Positions 7,034 to 16,191 are shown, counted from the stretch's first letter. The stretch is DNA of 32,053 nt from Burkholderiales bacterium (GCA_035280965.1 DATEEW010000327.1:1-32053); one strand, 5' to 3'. Notes: generated by a model not told the origin, from the letters alone. Numbers and translations are program-made.

Positions 7034-9466
7034 ATGAAGCGCATGAAATTGGTAATGGTCGGCAACGGCATGGCCGGCGTTCGGACACTCGAAGAAGTGC
7101 TAAAGCTGTCTCCCGATCTCTACGACATCACGGTGTTCGGCGCCGAGCCGCATCCCAATTACAACCGTATTCTGTTGTCGCCGGTCCTTGCGGGGGAAAT
7201 GACCATCAAGGACATCATGCTGAATGACCTTGACTGGTATAGCGACAACAATATCAAGCTGCATCTGAACAAGAAGGTCGTGAAAATCGACCGTCGCGCT
7301 CGCAAAGTCTTCGCCGAAGACGGTACCGAAGAAGAATACGACCGCCTGCTGTTGGCCACCGGGTCGAACCCATTCATGCTGCCGATTCCGGGCAAGGATC
7401 TGCAGGGCGTACTGAGCTACCGGGACATTCAAGACACCGACGCCATGATCGAGGCGTCCAAGCATTATAAGCATGCGGTTGTGATCGGTGGCGGCCTGCT
7501 CGGTCTTGAAGCGGCGAACGGTCTGAAACTCCGCGGCATGAACGTCACGGTCGTGCATCTGATGGACTGGCTGATGGAACGTCAGTTGGACAAGACCGCG
7601 GCGGACATGTTGCAGAAGTCTTTGGAACAGAAAGGCCTGCACTTCCTTCTCAAGACTCAAACCTCCGAAATACTCGGCAACGGAGGCCGCGTCAAAGGGG
7701 TGAAATTCAAGGACGGCAGCGAAATTACGGCCGATCTGGTCGTCATGGCCATCGGTATCCGGCCGAACACTGCGCTCGCGGAGTCGGCAGGCTTGTATTG
7801 CAACCGCGGCATCGTGGTGAATGACACCATGCAAAGTTACGATCCGCGCATTTACGCCGTGGGCGAATGCGTCGCGCATCGCGGGATCAGCTACGGTCTG
7901 GTCGCGCCGCTTTTCGAAATGGGCAAGGTTTGCGCAAACCACCTCGCCATGTTCGGTATTGGCCGTTACACGGGTTCGGTCACATCCACCAAACTAAAGG
8001 TCACCGGCATCGATCTTTTCTCAGCCGGTGATTTCGCGCCTGCAGAAGACCGCGAGGAAATCGTGCTACACGACGCCGTAGGCGGCGTGTACAAGCGCCT
8101 TGTCGTAAAGGACAACAAAATCCTGGGCGGCGTGCTGTATGGCGACACCGCCGACGGCGCCTGGTATTTCCAGATGCTGCGCGACGGGCAGAACATTGCC
8201 GAAATTCGCGACCATCTGCTTTTCGGCCAGACGCATCTGGGCAACACTGGCCACCAGGGGCAGAGCAATGCCGCGCAAATGCCCGACACAATGGAGGTCT
8301 GCGGTTGCAATGGCGTATGCAAGGGGACAATCACCAAGACCATCAAGGAAAAAGGCCTATTCAGTCTGGAAGAAGTACGCAAACACACCAAAGCTTCCTC
8401 CTCCTGCGGTTCCTGCACGGGTTTGGTTGAACAAATTCTCGCCTCGACCGTGGGTGGAGCCTATCAAGCTGCGGATTCAAATACCAAGCCGATGTGCGGC
8501 TGTACCGATCACACGCATGAAGAGGTGCGTAAAGCCATTCGCGAACAGAAGCTGTTGTCCGTTCCGCAGGCGATGCAATCTCTGGCCTGGCATACGCCCA
8601 ACGGCTGCGCGAGCTGTCGCCCGGCGCTCAATTACTATTTGATTTCCACGTGGCCGAAAGAAGCGCAGGACGATCCGCAATCGCGTTTCATCAACGAACG
8701 CGCGCATGCCAACATCCAGAAGGACGGCACCTTCAGTGTGGTGCCGCGCATGTGGGGAGGTATCACCAATTCCTCCGAGTTGCGCCGCATTGCCGACGTG
8801 GCGGACAAATACAACATTCCGATGGTCAAGGTCACGGGCGGTCAACGCATCGATCTGCTCGGTGTGAAGAAAGAAGACTTGCCGGGCGTCTGGAAAGATC
8901 TGGACATGCCCTCAGGCCACGCCTATGGCAAAAGCATTCGCACCGTGAAGACCTGCGTGGGTTCAGAGTTCTGCCGCTTCGGCACGCAGAACTCGACGCA
9001 GATGGGTATCGATCTGGAAAAGATGTTGTTCGATATGTATTCGCCACACAAAGTGAAGCTTGCCGTATCCGGTTGTCCGCGTAACTGTGCGGAGTCTGGC
9101 ATCAAGGACGTCGGCGTGATTGGCGTCGATTCAGGTTGGGAGATCTATGTCGGCGGCAACGGCGGTATCAAAACCGAAGTCGCGCAATTCCTTTGCAAGG
9201 TTGCCACGCACGACGAAGTGCTGGAATATTCCGGCGCCTTCCTGCAGCTGTATCGCGAGGAAGCGCGCTATCTGGATCGTACGGTGCACTGGATCGGTCG
9301 CGTCGGTATGGAATATGTGAAGAAACACGTGGTCGAGGACGCGGCAAATCGCAAGGCCCTGCATGAACGCCTGCTCTTCGCACTTTCCGGTGGAAAGGAT
9401 CCCTGGAAAGAGCGTATCGAGAAGAACGAAAAAACCCGCGAATTCGAATCCATTGAGATCGCGTAA
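7034..9466 (+). CDS. nirB: NAD(P)H-dependent assimilatory nitrite reductase large subunit
   Basis: Rossmann folds 'KLVMVGNGMAGV' and 'AVVIGGGLLGLEAA'. BFD-like 2Fe-2S 'CGCNGVCKG...SSCGSCTG'. Siroheme/4Fe-4S 'TCVGSEFCRFG' and 'SGCPRNCAE'. AGGAG at 7021-7025 lies 8 nt before ATG 7034. The ORF-track start at 6974 would overlap cobA and lacks an RBS. Confidence 0.96.
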   Translation: MKRMKLVMVGNGMAGVRTLEEVLKLSPDLYDITVFGAEPHPNYNRILLSPVLAGEMTIKDIMLNDLDWYSDNNIKLHLNKKVVKIDRRARKVFAEDGTEEEYDRLLLATGSNPFMLPIPGKDLQGVLSYRDIQDTDAMIEASKHYKHAVVIGGGLLGLEAANGLKLRGMNVTVVHLMDWLMERQLDKTAADMLQKSLEQKGLHFLLKTQTSEILGNGGRVKGVKFKDGSEITADLVVMAIGIRPNTALAESAGLYCNRGIVVNDTMQSYDPRIYAVGECVAHRGISYGLVAPLFEMGKVCANHLAMFGIGRYTGSVTSTKLKVTGIDLFSAGDFAPAEDREEIVLHDAVGGVYKRLVVKDNKILGGVLYGDTADGAWYFQMLRDGQNIAEIRDHLLFGQTHLGNTGHQGQSNAAQMPDTMEVCGCNGVCKGTITKTIKEKGLFSLEEVRKHTKASSSCGSCTGLVEQILASTVGGAYQAADSNTKPMCGCTDHTHEEVRKAIREQKLLSVPQAMQSLAWHTPNGCASCRPALNYYLISTWPKEAQDDPQSRFINERAHANIQKDGTFSVVPRMWGGITNSSELRRIADVADKYNIPMVKVTGGQRIDLLGVKKEDLPGVWKDLDMPSGHAYGKSIRTVKTCVGSEFCRFGTQNSTQMGIDLEKMLFDMYSPHKVKLAVSGCPRNCAESGIKDVGVIGVDSGWEIYVGGNGGIKTEVAQFLCKVATHDEVLEYSGAFLQLYREEARYLDRTVHWIGRVGMEYVKKHVVEDAANRKALHERLLFALSGGKDPWKERIEKNEKTREFESIEIA

Positions 9467-9517
9467 ATGTTGGCCAAAACAGAGATGCCCTCAGGGCACG
9501 ACAGCGAGGAAGCAGTG

Positions 9518-9829
9518 ATGGATGGCTGGAAGAAGGTTTGTCGCATCGAGGACATCCCACCTCTAGGTGCGCGCGTTGTAAAGCGGGCGGGCGGAGTCAA
9601 TATCGCCGTGTTCCGCAACGCTGAAGATCATATCTTCGCGCTCGACGACAAGTGTCCGCATAAAGGGGGCCCCTTGTCGCAAGGCATCGTTCACGGCGAC
9701 CAGGTGACTTGCCCACTGCACGCTTGGAAGATCTGTATGAGCGACGGTAACGCTGTTGCGCCTGACGTTGGCTGCACCAAGCGCTATGCGGTGAAGCTCG
9801 ACGGCGCTGACATATTCCTTCAAATCTAA
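9518..9829 (+). CDS. nirD: nitrite reductase small subunit, Rieske-type
   Basis: 'WKKVCRIEDIPPLGARVV...IAVFRN..DHIFALDDKCPHKGGPL...VTCPLHAWK' matches NirD/NasG. The CxH-X16-CxxH Rieske ligand pattern is retained. I prefer ATG 9518 (GAGGA upstream) over the ORF-track start at 9467. Confidence 0.88.
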   Translation: MDGWKKVCRIEDIPPLGARVVKRAGGVNIAVFRNAEDHIFALDDKCPHKGGPLSQGIVHGDQVTCPLHAWKICMSDGNAVAPDVGCTKRYAVKLDGADIFLQI

Positions 9830-9837
9830 AAAGCCGG

Positions 9838-9907
9838 CGTCATGCCCGTGTCAACGGGCGTCCTGTGTATGGATTCCCGCCCTCTTTTCCACTTGGGGGG
9901 AATGACG
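9838..9907 (-). repeat. REP/MITE-like double-hairpin element, copy 1 (inverted relative to copy 2)
   Basis: cgtcatGCCCGTgtcaACGGGCgtcctgtgtatggATTCCCgcc...ggGGGAATgacg. Terminal CGTCAT/ATGACG inverted ends with two internal hairpins. Its reverse complement aligns with 11212-11286. Confidence 0.75.
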
Positions 9908-9929
9908 ATGCGCGAATCGGAGATCCATC

Positions 9930-11141
9930 TTGAAATCATCCTTCTTTAAAGCCGGTCATTTTCCGACCTTGTTCGCGGCCTTTTTCTATTTCGATCTGAG
10001 CTTCATGGTCTGGGTGATGTTGGGCCCGTTGGCCGTGCAAATCGCCAGCGACCTGGGCTTGAATGCCGCGCAAAAAGGCATGATGGTCGCAACGCCGGTC
10101 CTGGCCGGCGCGTTGCTGCGCATCGTGATGGGTGTGCTGGTCGATCATTTGAAACCCAAACGCGCAGGCTTGATCGGCCAATTGATCGTATTGGTCGGAT
10201 TGGGTGCTGCGTATTTATTCGTCATCGATAGCTACGGGCAAATTCTCGCACTCGGACTGGTGCTCGGAGTTGCCGGCGCTTCGTTTGCGGTTGCCTTGCC
10301 TCTGGCGTCCCGCTGGTACCCCCCCGAACATCAGGGTACTGCTCTGGGCATTGCCGGCGCGGGCAATTCCGGTACTGTATTTGCAGCGCTCTTCGGCCCC
10401 ACGCTTGCCTTGTGGTTCGGTTGGAACAACGTCTTCGGGCTGGCGATGATTCCTTTATTCGTCGCCTTGGTCGTGTATGTCCTAATGGCGAAAGATCCAC
10501 CGGATGCGCCAGCGCCAAAATCGCTGGCGAGTTATTTATCGGTCCTGCGTGATCGCGACGCTTGGTGGTTCATGTTTTTCTACAGCGTGACTTTCGGTGG
10601 TTTTGTGGGTCTCGCTTCTTCTTTGACTATCTATTTCAACGATCAATACGGTCTCAGTCCGGTGATCGCCGGTTACTTCACCGCAGCGTGCGTTTTTTCC
10701 GGTTCAATGATTCGCCCGTTCGGCGGTCTGCTTGCTGATCGCATCGGCGGTATTCGTTCCTTGTCTTTGATGTACGTCATCGCTGCTGCTCTGATTTTGA
10801 TCGTGAGTACTGGACCTGCAAATTCGTATGTTGCACTGGGCATATTCATGCTGGCCATGCTCGCGCTTGGAATGGGCAATGGCGCCGTGTTTCAACTGGT
10901 TCCTCAGCGCTTCCGCAAGGAAATCGGCGTGATGACGGGCCTGGTCGGTATGGCAGGCGGCGTAGGCGGCTTCTATTTGGCCTCAAGCCTCGGTTACTCC
11001 AAACAATTCACCGGCAATTACAAGGTAGGGCTGCTTGTCTTCGCGGCACTTGCGATCGTGGCAATGCTAGGTTTGACTTCGGTGAAAACGCGCTGGCGCA
11101 CGACTTGGGGCGCGGCGCATCTTACCTCTGCGAAACTGTGA
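9930..11141 (+). CDS. narK: MFS nitrate/nitrite transporter (NarK/NasA family)
   Basis: 403 aa with about 12 TM segments. The N-terminus 'FFKAGHFPTLFAAFFYFDLSFMVWVMLGPLAVQIA' is typical of NNP-family assimilatory nitrate transporters. TTG start at 9930 with GGAGA at 9919-9923. Confidence 0.92.
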   Translation: MKSSFFKAGHFPTLFAAFFYFDLSFMVWVMLGPLAVQIASDLGLNAAQKGMMVATPVLAGALLRIVMGVLVDHLKPKRAGLIGQLIVLVGLGAAYLFVIDSYGQILALGLVLGVAGASFAVALPLASRWYPPEHQGTALGIAGAGNSGTVFAALFGPTLALWFGWNNVFGLAMIPLFVALVVYVLMAKDPPDAPAPKSLASYLSVLRDRDAWWFMFFYSVTFGGFVGLASSLTIYFNDQYGLSPVIAGYFTAACVFSGSMIRPFGGLLADRIGGIRSLSLMYVIAAALILIVSTGPANSYVALGIFMLAMLALGMGNGAVFQLVPQRFRKEIGVMTGLVGMAGGVGGFYLASSLGYSKQFTGNYKVGLLVFAALAIVAMLGLTSVKTRWRTTWGAAHLTSAKL

Positions 11142-11211
11142 AAAAATCTTGAACCGCAGAGAACATGGAGAAAAGCATTTTGAACCACCAAGACACAGCA
11201 GAAAAACATTA

Positions 11212-11286
11212 GGTCATTCCCGCGAAAGCGGGACTCCAGGGTTGTAGAGACGCCGTTTCTGGATGCCCGTTTGCACGGGCATGACT
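11212..11286 (+). repeat. REP/MITE-like double-hairpin element, copy 2
   Basis: ggtcATTCCCGCgaaaGCGGGActccagg...tggatGCCCGTttgcACGGGCatgact. Translates as the familiar spurious peptides VIPAKAGLQ / WMPVCTGMT. Same family as 9838-9907 in the opposite orientation. Confidence 0.8.
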
Positions 11287-11321
11287 AGACTTAGCTCGAC
11301 TCTCGACTAAACTCTCCCCCC

Positions 11322-12998
11322 ATGTCCCTGCAAATTTCCATCGGCCACCTCAGTGCGGTGGGGCCGCGCGAGCGCAATGAAGATTTTTGCGGCTTCGTGA
11401 CGCCCACTGCGAGCGCGCTTGCAACCAAGGGCGTGCTTCTCGCGCTCGCCGATGGCGTATCGATGAGCCGAGGCGGTCGTGAAGCCGCCGAATTTTCTGT
11501 GCGCGGTGTGCTAAGCGATTATTACGCGACGCCGGAGACTTGGTCGGTACCCCATGCGCTAGACCGCGTCATTCAGTCCATCAATCGCTGGGTCATTGGG
11601 CAAAGTCGCTCCGAGCGCGAAAGCGGAGGTGCAACCACTCTCTCGACCTTAGTCCTCCGCGGCAGGCGTTGGTATGTCGCGCACGTAGGCGACAGCCGCA
11701 TTTATCTGATACGCGACGGCAAGTTGCGGCGACTTACCGTCGATCATGTTTGGGATCGTCCGGAAATGCAGCATGTGCTGACGCGCGCCATCGGACTGGA
11801 CGCGCGTCTGTTGCTTGATCACAGCGATGAAAGCATCAAAGAAGGCGATTGTTTCGTCCTCGCCACCGATGGCGTTTGGGAACCCTTAGGCGATCGCGAA
11901 TTGCATCGCATCGTAGGCGAATCCGATGCGCCGCAAGCGGCCGCCGAGGCGCTGGTGCGAGAAGCGCTCGAACGGGAAGGGCGCGATAACGCGACTGCGA
12001 TGGTGTTGCGCGTGGACCGACTGCCCGAAGAATTGCTGCGCGATGCGCTGGCGGATAGCGATCAATTTGCCGTGCCGCCGCGTTTGAAAGCGGGAGAGGT
12101 GCTTGACGGTTTCAGCATCGTCGAAGTGCTGCATGAATCCCGTGCCACCATCGTTTACAAAGCCAGCGATAGCGATGGCGCTTTTGTTGTGCTCAAAACA
12201 TTACCGCCTGCGCTCGCGCAAGATAAAGAACAACGTTCGGCGCTGATGGCGGAAGAATGGCTGGCGCGGCGCCTGGTCTCGCTTTATTTTCCCGAGGCGC
12301 TGCCCCTGGAAGGGCGACGCACGGCGCTGTATTACGCGATGACCTTCCACGAAGGTGCGAGCCTGCAGCAGCATCTCGATGCGGGCCGCCACTTTCCTAT
12401 CGTGGAAGTGGTGAGCTTGGGCGTGCGTTTGATGAAAGCGTTGGGCGCCTTGCATCGTCGCGATGTTTTGCATCGCGATATCAAACCGGCCAATTTGCAT
12501 TTGGGCGGTGACGGCCGTCTGCGTATTCTCGATTTCGGCGTGGCGCGCAGCGCAGTCGGCGAAGACGAAAGCGCGATTCCGGGCACGCCAAGCTATATGG
12601 CACCAGAGTTGATCGGCGGCGATGCCCCACACGTACAAAGCGATCTCTATGCGGCCGGCGTTACGCTTTATCACTTGCTGACGCGCAAATACCCCTATGG
12701 CGAAATCGAACCCTTTCAGCATCCGCGCTTCGGAGAACCCACGCCGCCCTCCCGCTACCGGCCGGACGTGCCTTATTGGCTCGAAGCGATACTGCTCAAG
12801 GCAGTCGCCCGTGAGCGCAAGCTGCGTTTCGAAACTGCAGAAGAATTTTTGCTGGCGTTGGAGCGCGGAGAAAACCAAACGACTACCGCACCGCCTCGAA
12901 CACCGATTGCGCGCGATCCACTGCGTTTGTGGAAGTCCATCGCTACCGCGGCCATCATCTTGAATCTGCTGTTGCTTTATTTACTGGCAGTTCGTTAG
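11322..12998 (+). CDS. bifunctional PP2C-type Ser/Thr phosphatase / Hanks-type Ser/Thr protein kinase, C-terminally membrane-anchored
   Basis: PP2C motifs 'RERNEDF', 'ALADGVS', 'VAHVGDSRIY', 'LATDGVWE', 'DNATAMVL'. Kinase motifs 'FVVLK', 'HRDIKPANL', 'DFGVAR', 'GTPSYMAPE'. C-terminal TM segment 'IATAAIILNLLLLYLLAV'. Confidence 0.9.
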   Translation: MSLQISIGHLSAVGPRERNEDFCGFVTPTASALATKGVLLALADGVSMSRGGREAAEFSVRGVLSDYYATPETWSVPHALDRVIQSINRWVIGQSRSERESGGATTLSTLVLRGRRWYVAHVGDSRIYLIRDGKLRRLTVDHVWDRPEMQHVLTRAIGLDARLLLDHSDESIKEGDCFVLATDGVWEPLGDRELHRIVGESDAPQAAAEALVREALEREGRDNATAMVLRVDRLPEELLRDALADSDQFAVPPRLKAGEVLDGFSIVEVLHESRATIVYKASDSDGAFVVLKTLPPALAQDKEQRSALMAEEWLARRLVSLYFPEALPLEGRRTALYYAMTFHEGASLQQHLDAGRHFPIVEVVSLGVRLMKALGALHRRDVLHRDIKPANLHLGGDGRLRILDFGVARSAVGEDESAIPGTPSYMAPELIGGDAPHVQSDLYAAGVTLYHLLTRKYPYGEIEPFQHPRFGEPTPPSRYRPDVPYWLEAILLKAVARERKLRFETAEEFLLALERGENQTTTAPPRTPIARDPLRLWKSIATAAIILNLLLLYLLAVR

Positions 12999-13122
12999 TT
13001 AATTGCCGGATTATCTCCGCCCCTCCGGGTGCTTGGCTGCCGATTTTTGCGACCGAATTTCGGCTTCAGCCCTTGAAACGTCCAAAGATGACATAGACTG
13101 AATTTCTCAGGCTGTCTCTTGG

Positions 13123-16100
13123 ATGCCGCCTATGCCACACCGCAACCTCATAGGGAATCCCTTTCGTCGTGTCGATCAGGCTTGGCGCGACGCCAGACGG
13201 CGTGTGGGGTTCAAGTTGTTCGGTCTATGGGAAATCGGCATCGCCCTGTTTTCGCTGTTGCTGGTCGCTTTTCTTTGGGCTTTCGCTGTGGAGCGCGTCC
13301 GGCATGAAGAGCGCCAAGCCACTGATGTCGCGATCCAGCACGTGCATACGCTGACCCGCGTGTTCGAGGCGCAAACCGTCAAAACCTTGAAAGGCGTCGA
13401 AGTTGACCTGGCGCTTATCGCGCACGAATATTTGGTGAAGGGAAGAGTTGACTTCGCCAATTTGCTCGCGAGCAACCTGATCGCAAAAGAAGTGTTCCTG
13501 GGTGTGGGCATTCTGGACGAACGTGGAAAACTCGTTGTAAGCAGCAATGAACGCATACAACTCAAACATCTCGACCTGAGTAGCCGCGAGTATTTTGCGA
13601 TTCTGAAAAACCGTCCCGGAAACGCTGTGTATGTGGGAGCGCCTATATATGGCGGGATAACGGAGAGCTGGGTGATCCCCGTTGCAAGACGCCTCGAGGG
13701 GCCACAGGGAGAATTCAAGGGGGTGGTCGCCTACGGTATCGATCCTTCGTATTTCATCGACTTTTACCGCCGCGAGGACTTGAAAGAAGACGGGGTCGTC
13801 ACTTTGCTCGGCACGGATGGCATCACTAGAGCCCGGCGCGCTGGTGGGGGGGATAGCTTCGGTGAAGATGCCCGCCGCGGCAGGCTGTTGAAAATGTATA
13901 AGCAACAACCCGTCGGGGATTTCATCAGTTCAGGCAGTCTCGATGGCGTGAGCCGCTTCCAGAGTTATCGCAAGTTGGCAGATTACGATTTGATCGTCAG
14001 CGTCGGGCTCTCGGTCAACGAGGTTCTCAAGCAGGCCCGCGAGCGGGAGCACGAATACCTTGGGGGTGCAATGGTTGGAAGCATCCTTGTCTTGTTGTTC
14101 GCGGTGGCGCTTCTAGTTGCAATCTGGCGGCGGCGCTTGGGCGAGGCGCACGCGCGTATGCAGGACCTGCAGCGTCAGGCCATCCTGGACAACATCGAAA
14201 TTGCCTGGTTCAAGGACGCACAGTCGCGTTTCCTGGCGGTCAATAAGGCGTTCGCACAAGTATGTAATCGAACGATAGACCAGATTATCGGAAAGACCGA
14301 TTACGATATTTTTCCAGCGCATACCGCCCAGGCTTACAGGGCGGACGACATCGAAGTCATGCGCACCGGCCAACGCAAGGTTGTGGAAGAAGAAATAGCA
14401 CATGCCGATGGCGCGATCCAAACAATCGAAACCATCAAGTCTTGCGTCCGGGATGCCGAGGGCGCAGTGATCGGCACGGTCGGCACTGCGCGTGACATTA
14501 CCGAGCGCAGGCACGCCGAAGCGGATTCGCGGCTTGCGGCCAAGGCTTTTGAAAGCATCGCGGAGGGCATCATGGTGACGGACGCGAATAAACGCGTCAT
14601 ATCCGTCAACAAGGCTTTCAGCACCATTACTGGATATGCGCCTGAAGAAGTTTTGGGTTTAAGCCCGAAACTCCTGCAGTCGGGCCGGCATGACGCGGCG
14701 TTCTATGCGGAAATGTGGAAGTACATCGATGAGAACGGATTCTGGCACGGCGAGATCTGGGACCGACGCAAGAACGGGGAGATTTTTCCCGAACTTCTGA
14801 GCATCAGCGCAGTGGTCGATCAAGCGGGAAAGGTCAGCAACTATGTAGGCGTCTTTACCGATATTTCCTCGCTCAAGCGATATGAGGAAAAACTGCATTA
14901 TCAGGCACAGCACGATGCGCTGACCGGTCTGCCGAACCGATTCCAGTTCCAAGAGCGTTTCAGCGAAATGCTTAGTCGCGCGAACCGACAAGACAGCCAG
15001 GTTGCAGTGATGGTGATCGACCTGGACCGATTCAAGAATGTAAACGACTCGTTCGGACACGCCGCAGGTGATGAGCTGTTGCAACAGACCGCTGAGCGAT
15101 TGAAGTCCAATATACGACAAAGCGACATTGTCGGCCGCTTTGGCGGCGATGAATTTTCCGTATTGCTGGACAATATCGGCACCGCGCAGAACGCAGCGGT
15201 GATCGCACAGAAATTATTGAATACTTTTACCGCGCCTTTTGTTGTCGCGGGCCATGAAATTTATGTGTCGGGCAGTATCGGCATCAGTTGTTATCCCGCC
15301 GATGCGACCGATGCCGAGAATTTGTTCAAGAATGCCGATGTGGCGATGTACCGCGCGAAAGCGGAAGGGCGCAACAGGTATCAATTCTTCTCCGCCGATA
15401 TGAACGCGCGCGCGCTGGAAAATCTCTTAATGAGCAGTGGCCTGCGCTTGGCGTTGGAGCGTAAAGAGTTGTTTCTGCATTACCAGCCTCGCATCGACTT
15501 GAGCTCGGGCCGAATCAGCGGCGCGGAGGCTTTGATACGCTGGCAGCATCCGGGATCCGGGCTTGTATCACCGGCGTGTTTTATTCCCATCGCGGAAGAA
15601 ATGGGGTTGATCGAACCTATCGATGAATGGGTGCTGAAAGAGGCGTGCCGTCAAATGCGTCAATGGCTGGACGCCGGCGTGCCTTTGAGCAATGTGGCGG
15701 TCAATCTCTCGGCGCGGCAGTTTTCCAATCCTGATCTATCGCGATACGTGGCGGATATTCTTGGTGAAGCAGGGCTCGATGCGCGTCACCTCGAAATCGA
15801 GGTCACTGAGTCGATGGTCATGCAGCATCCGGAGAACGTAGTCGGCATCCTGACGCGTCTCAAGGAAATGGGAGTCGCCGTCGCTATTGATGATTTCGGC
15901 ACGGGTTATTCCTCGCTTAGTTATCTCAAGCGCTTCCCCATCGACTTTCTCAAAATCGATCAGTCCTTCATCAAGGGGATTCCGCAAGACTTGGACGACG
16001 TGGCGATCGCCTCGGCGATCATCGCCTTGGCGAAGAGCCTGAATGTCGAATTGATCGCGGAGGGCGTCGAAACCGAGGCGCAGCTCGATTTTCTGCGCGG

Positions 16101-16191
16101 GCAGGGCTGTCACAACGGACAAGGCTATCTTTTCAGCAAACCCATCCCGCCCGCTGAGTTAGAACGACTACTGAGTGTGGAACAAATATAG
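13123..16191 (+). CDS. membrane sensor diguanylate cyclase/phosphodiesterase (Cache-like periplasmic domain, 2 PAS, GGDEF, EAL)
   Basis: TM1 'IGIALFSLLLVAFLWAFAV'. About 260-aa periplasmic region with a Cache-like core 'SREYFAILK...VYVGAPIYGGITESWVIPVARRL'. TM2 'SILVLLFAVALLVAIW'. PAS ends 'ARDITERR' and 'FTDISSLKR'. 'RFGGDEFSV' (GGDEF intact), 'EALIRW' (EAL intact), 'DDFGTGYSSL', 'QGYLFSKP'. Confidence 0.93.
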   Translation: MPPMPHRNLIGNPFRRVDQAWRDARRRVGFKLFGLWEIGIALFSLLLVAFLWAFAVERVRHEERQATDVAIQHVHTLTRVFEAQTVKTLKGVEVDLALIAHEYLVKGRVDFANLLASNLIAKEVFLGVGILDERGKLVVSSNERIQLKHLDLSSREYFAILKNRPGNAVYVGAPIYGGITESWVIPVARRLEGPQGEFKGVVAYGIDPSYFIDFYRREDLKEDGVVTLLGTDGITRARRAGGGDSFGEDARRGRLLKMYKQQPVGDFISSGSLDGVSRFQSYRKLADYDLIVSVGLSVNEVLKQAREREHEYLGGAMVGSILVLLFAVALLVAIWRRRLGEAHARMQDLQRQAILDNIEIAWFKDAQSRFLAVNKAFAQVCNRTIDQIIGKTDYDIFPAHTAQAYRADDIEVMRTGQRKVVEEEIAHADGAIQTIETIKSCVRDAEGAVIGTVGTARDITERRHAEADSRLAAKAFESIAEGIMVTDANKRVISVNKAFSTITGYAPEEVLGLSPKLLQSGRHDAAFYAEMWKYIDENGFWHGEIWDRRKNGEIFPELLSISAVVDQAGKVSNYVGVFTDISSLKRYEEKLHYQAQHDALTGLPNRFQFQERFSEMLSRANRQDSQVAVMVIDLDRFKNVNDSFGHAAGDELLQQTAERLKSNIRQSDIVGRFGGDEFSVLLDNIGTAQNAAVIAQKLLNTFTAPFVVAGHEIYVSGSIGISCYPADATDAENLFKNADVAMYRAKAEGRNRYQFFSADMNARALENLLMSSGLRLALERKELFLHYQPRIDLSSGRISGAEALIRWQHPGSGLVSPACFIPIAEEMGLIEPIDEWVLKEACRQMRQWLDAGVPLSNVAVNLSARQFSNPDLSRYVADILGEAGLDARHLEIEVTESMVMQHPENVVGILTRLKEMGVAVAIDDFGTGYSSLSYLKRFPIDFLKIDQSFIKGIPQDLDDVAIASAIIALAKSLNVELIAEGVETEAQLDFLRGQGCHNGQGYLFSKPIPPAELERLLSVEQI

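Noticed and set aside
6310-7071. 253-aa minus-strand ORF
   Set aside because: Fully antisense to cobA, which carries unmistakable SUMT motifs. The R/H/A-rich composition is typical of shadow ORFs in high-G+C DNA.
7100-7942. 280-aa minus-strand ORF
   Set aside because: Antisense shadow inside nirB. No recognisable motifs or RBS.
12201-12878. 225-aa minus-strand ORF
   Set aside because: Antisense to the kinase domain of the PP2C/STK gene, whose catalytic motifs are all in the plus frame.
13176-13908. 180-aa and 227-aa minus-strand ORFs
   Set aside because: Antisense to the periplasmic-domain region of the GGDEF-EAL gene. The plus-strand reading frame is continuous for 1022 aa with coherent domain order.
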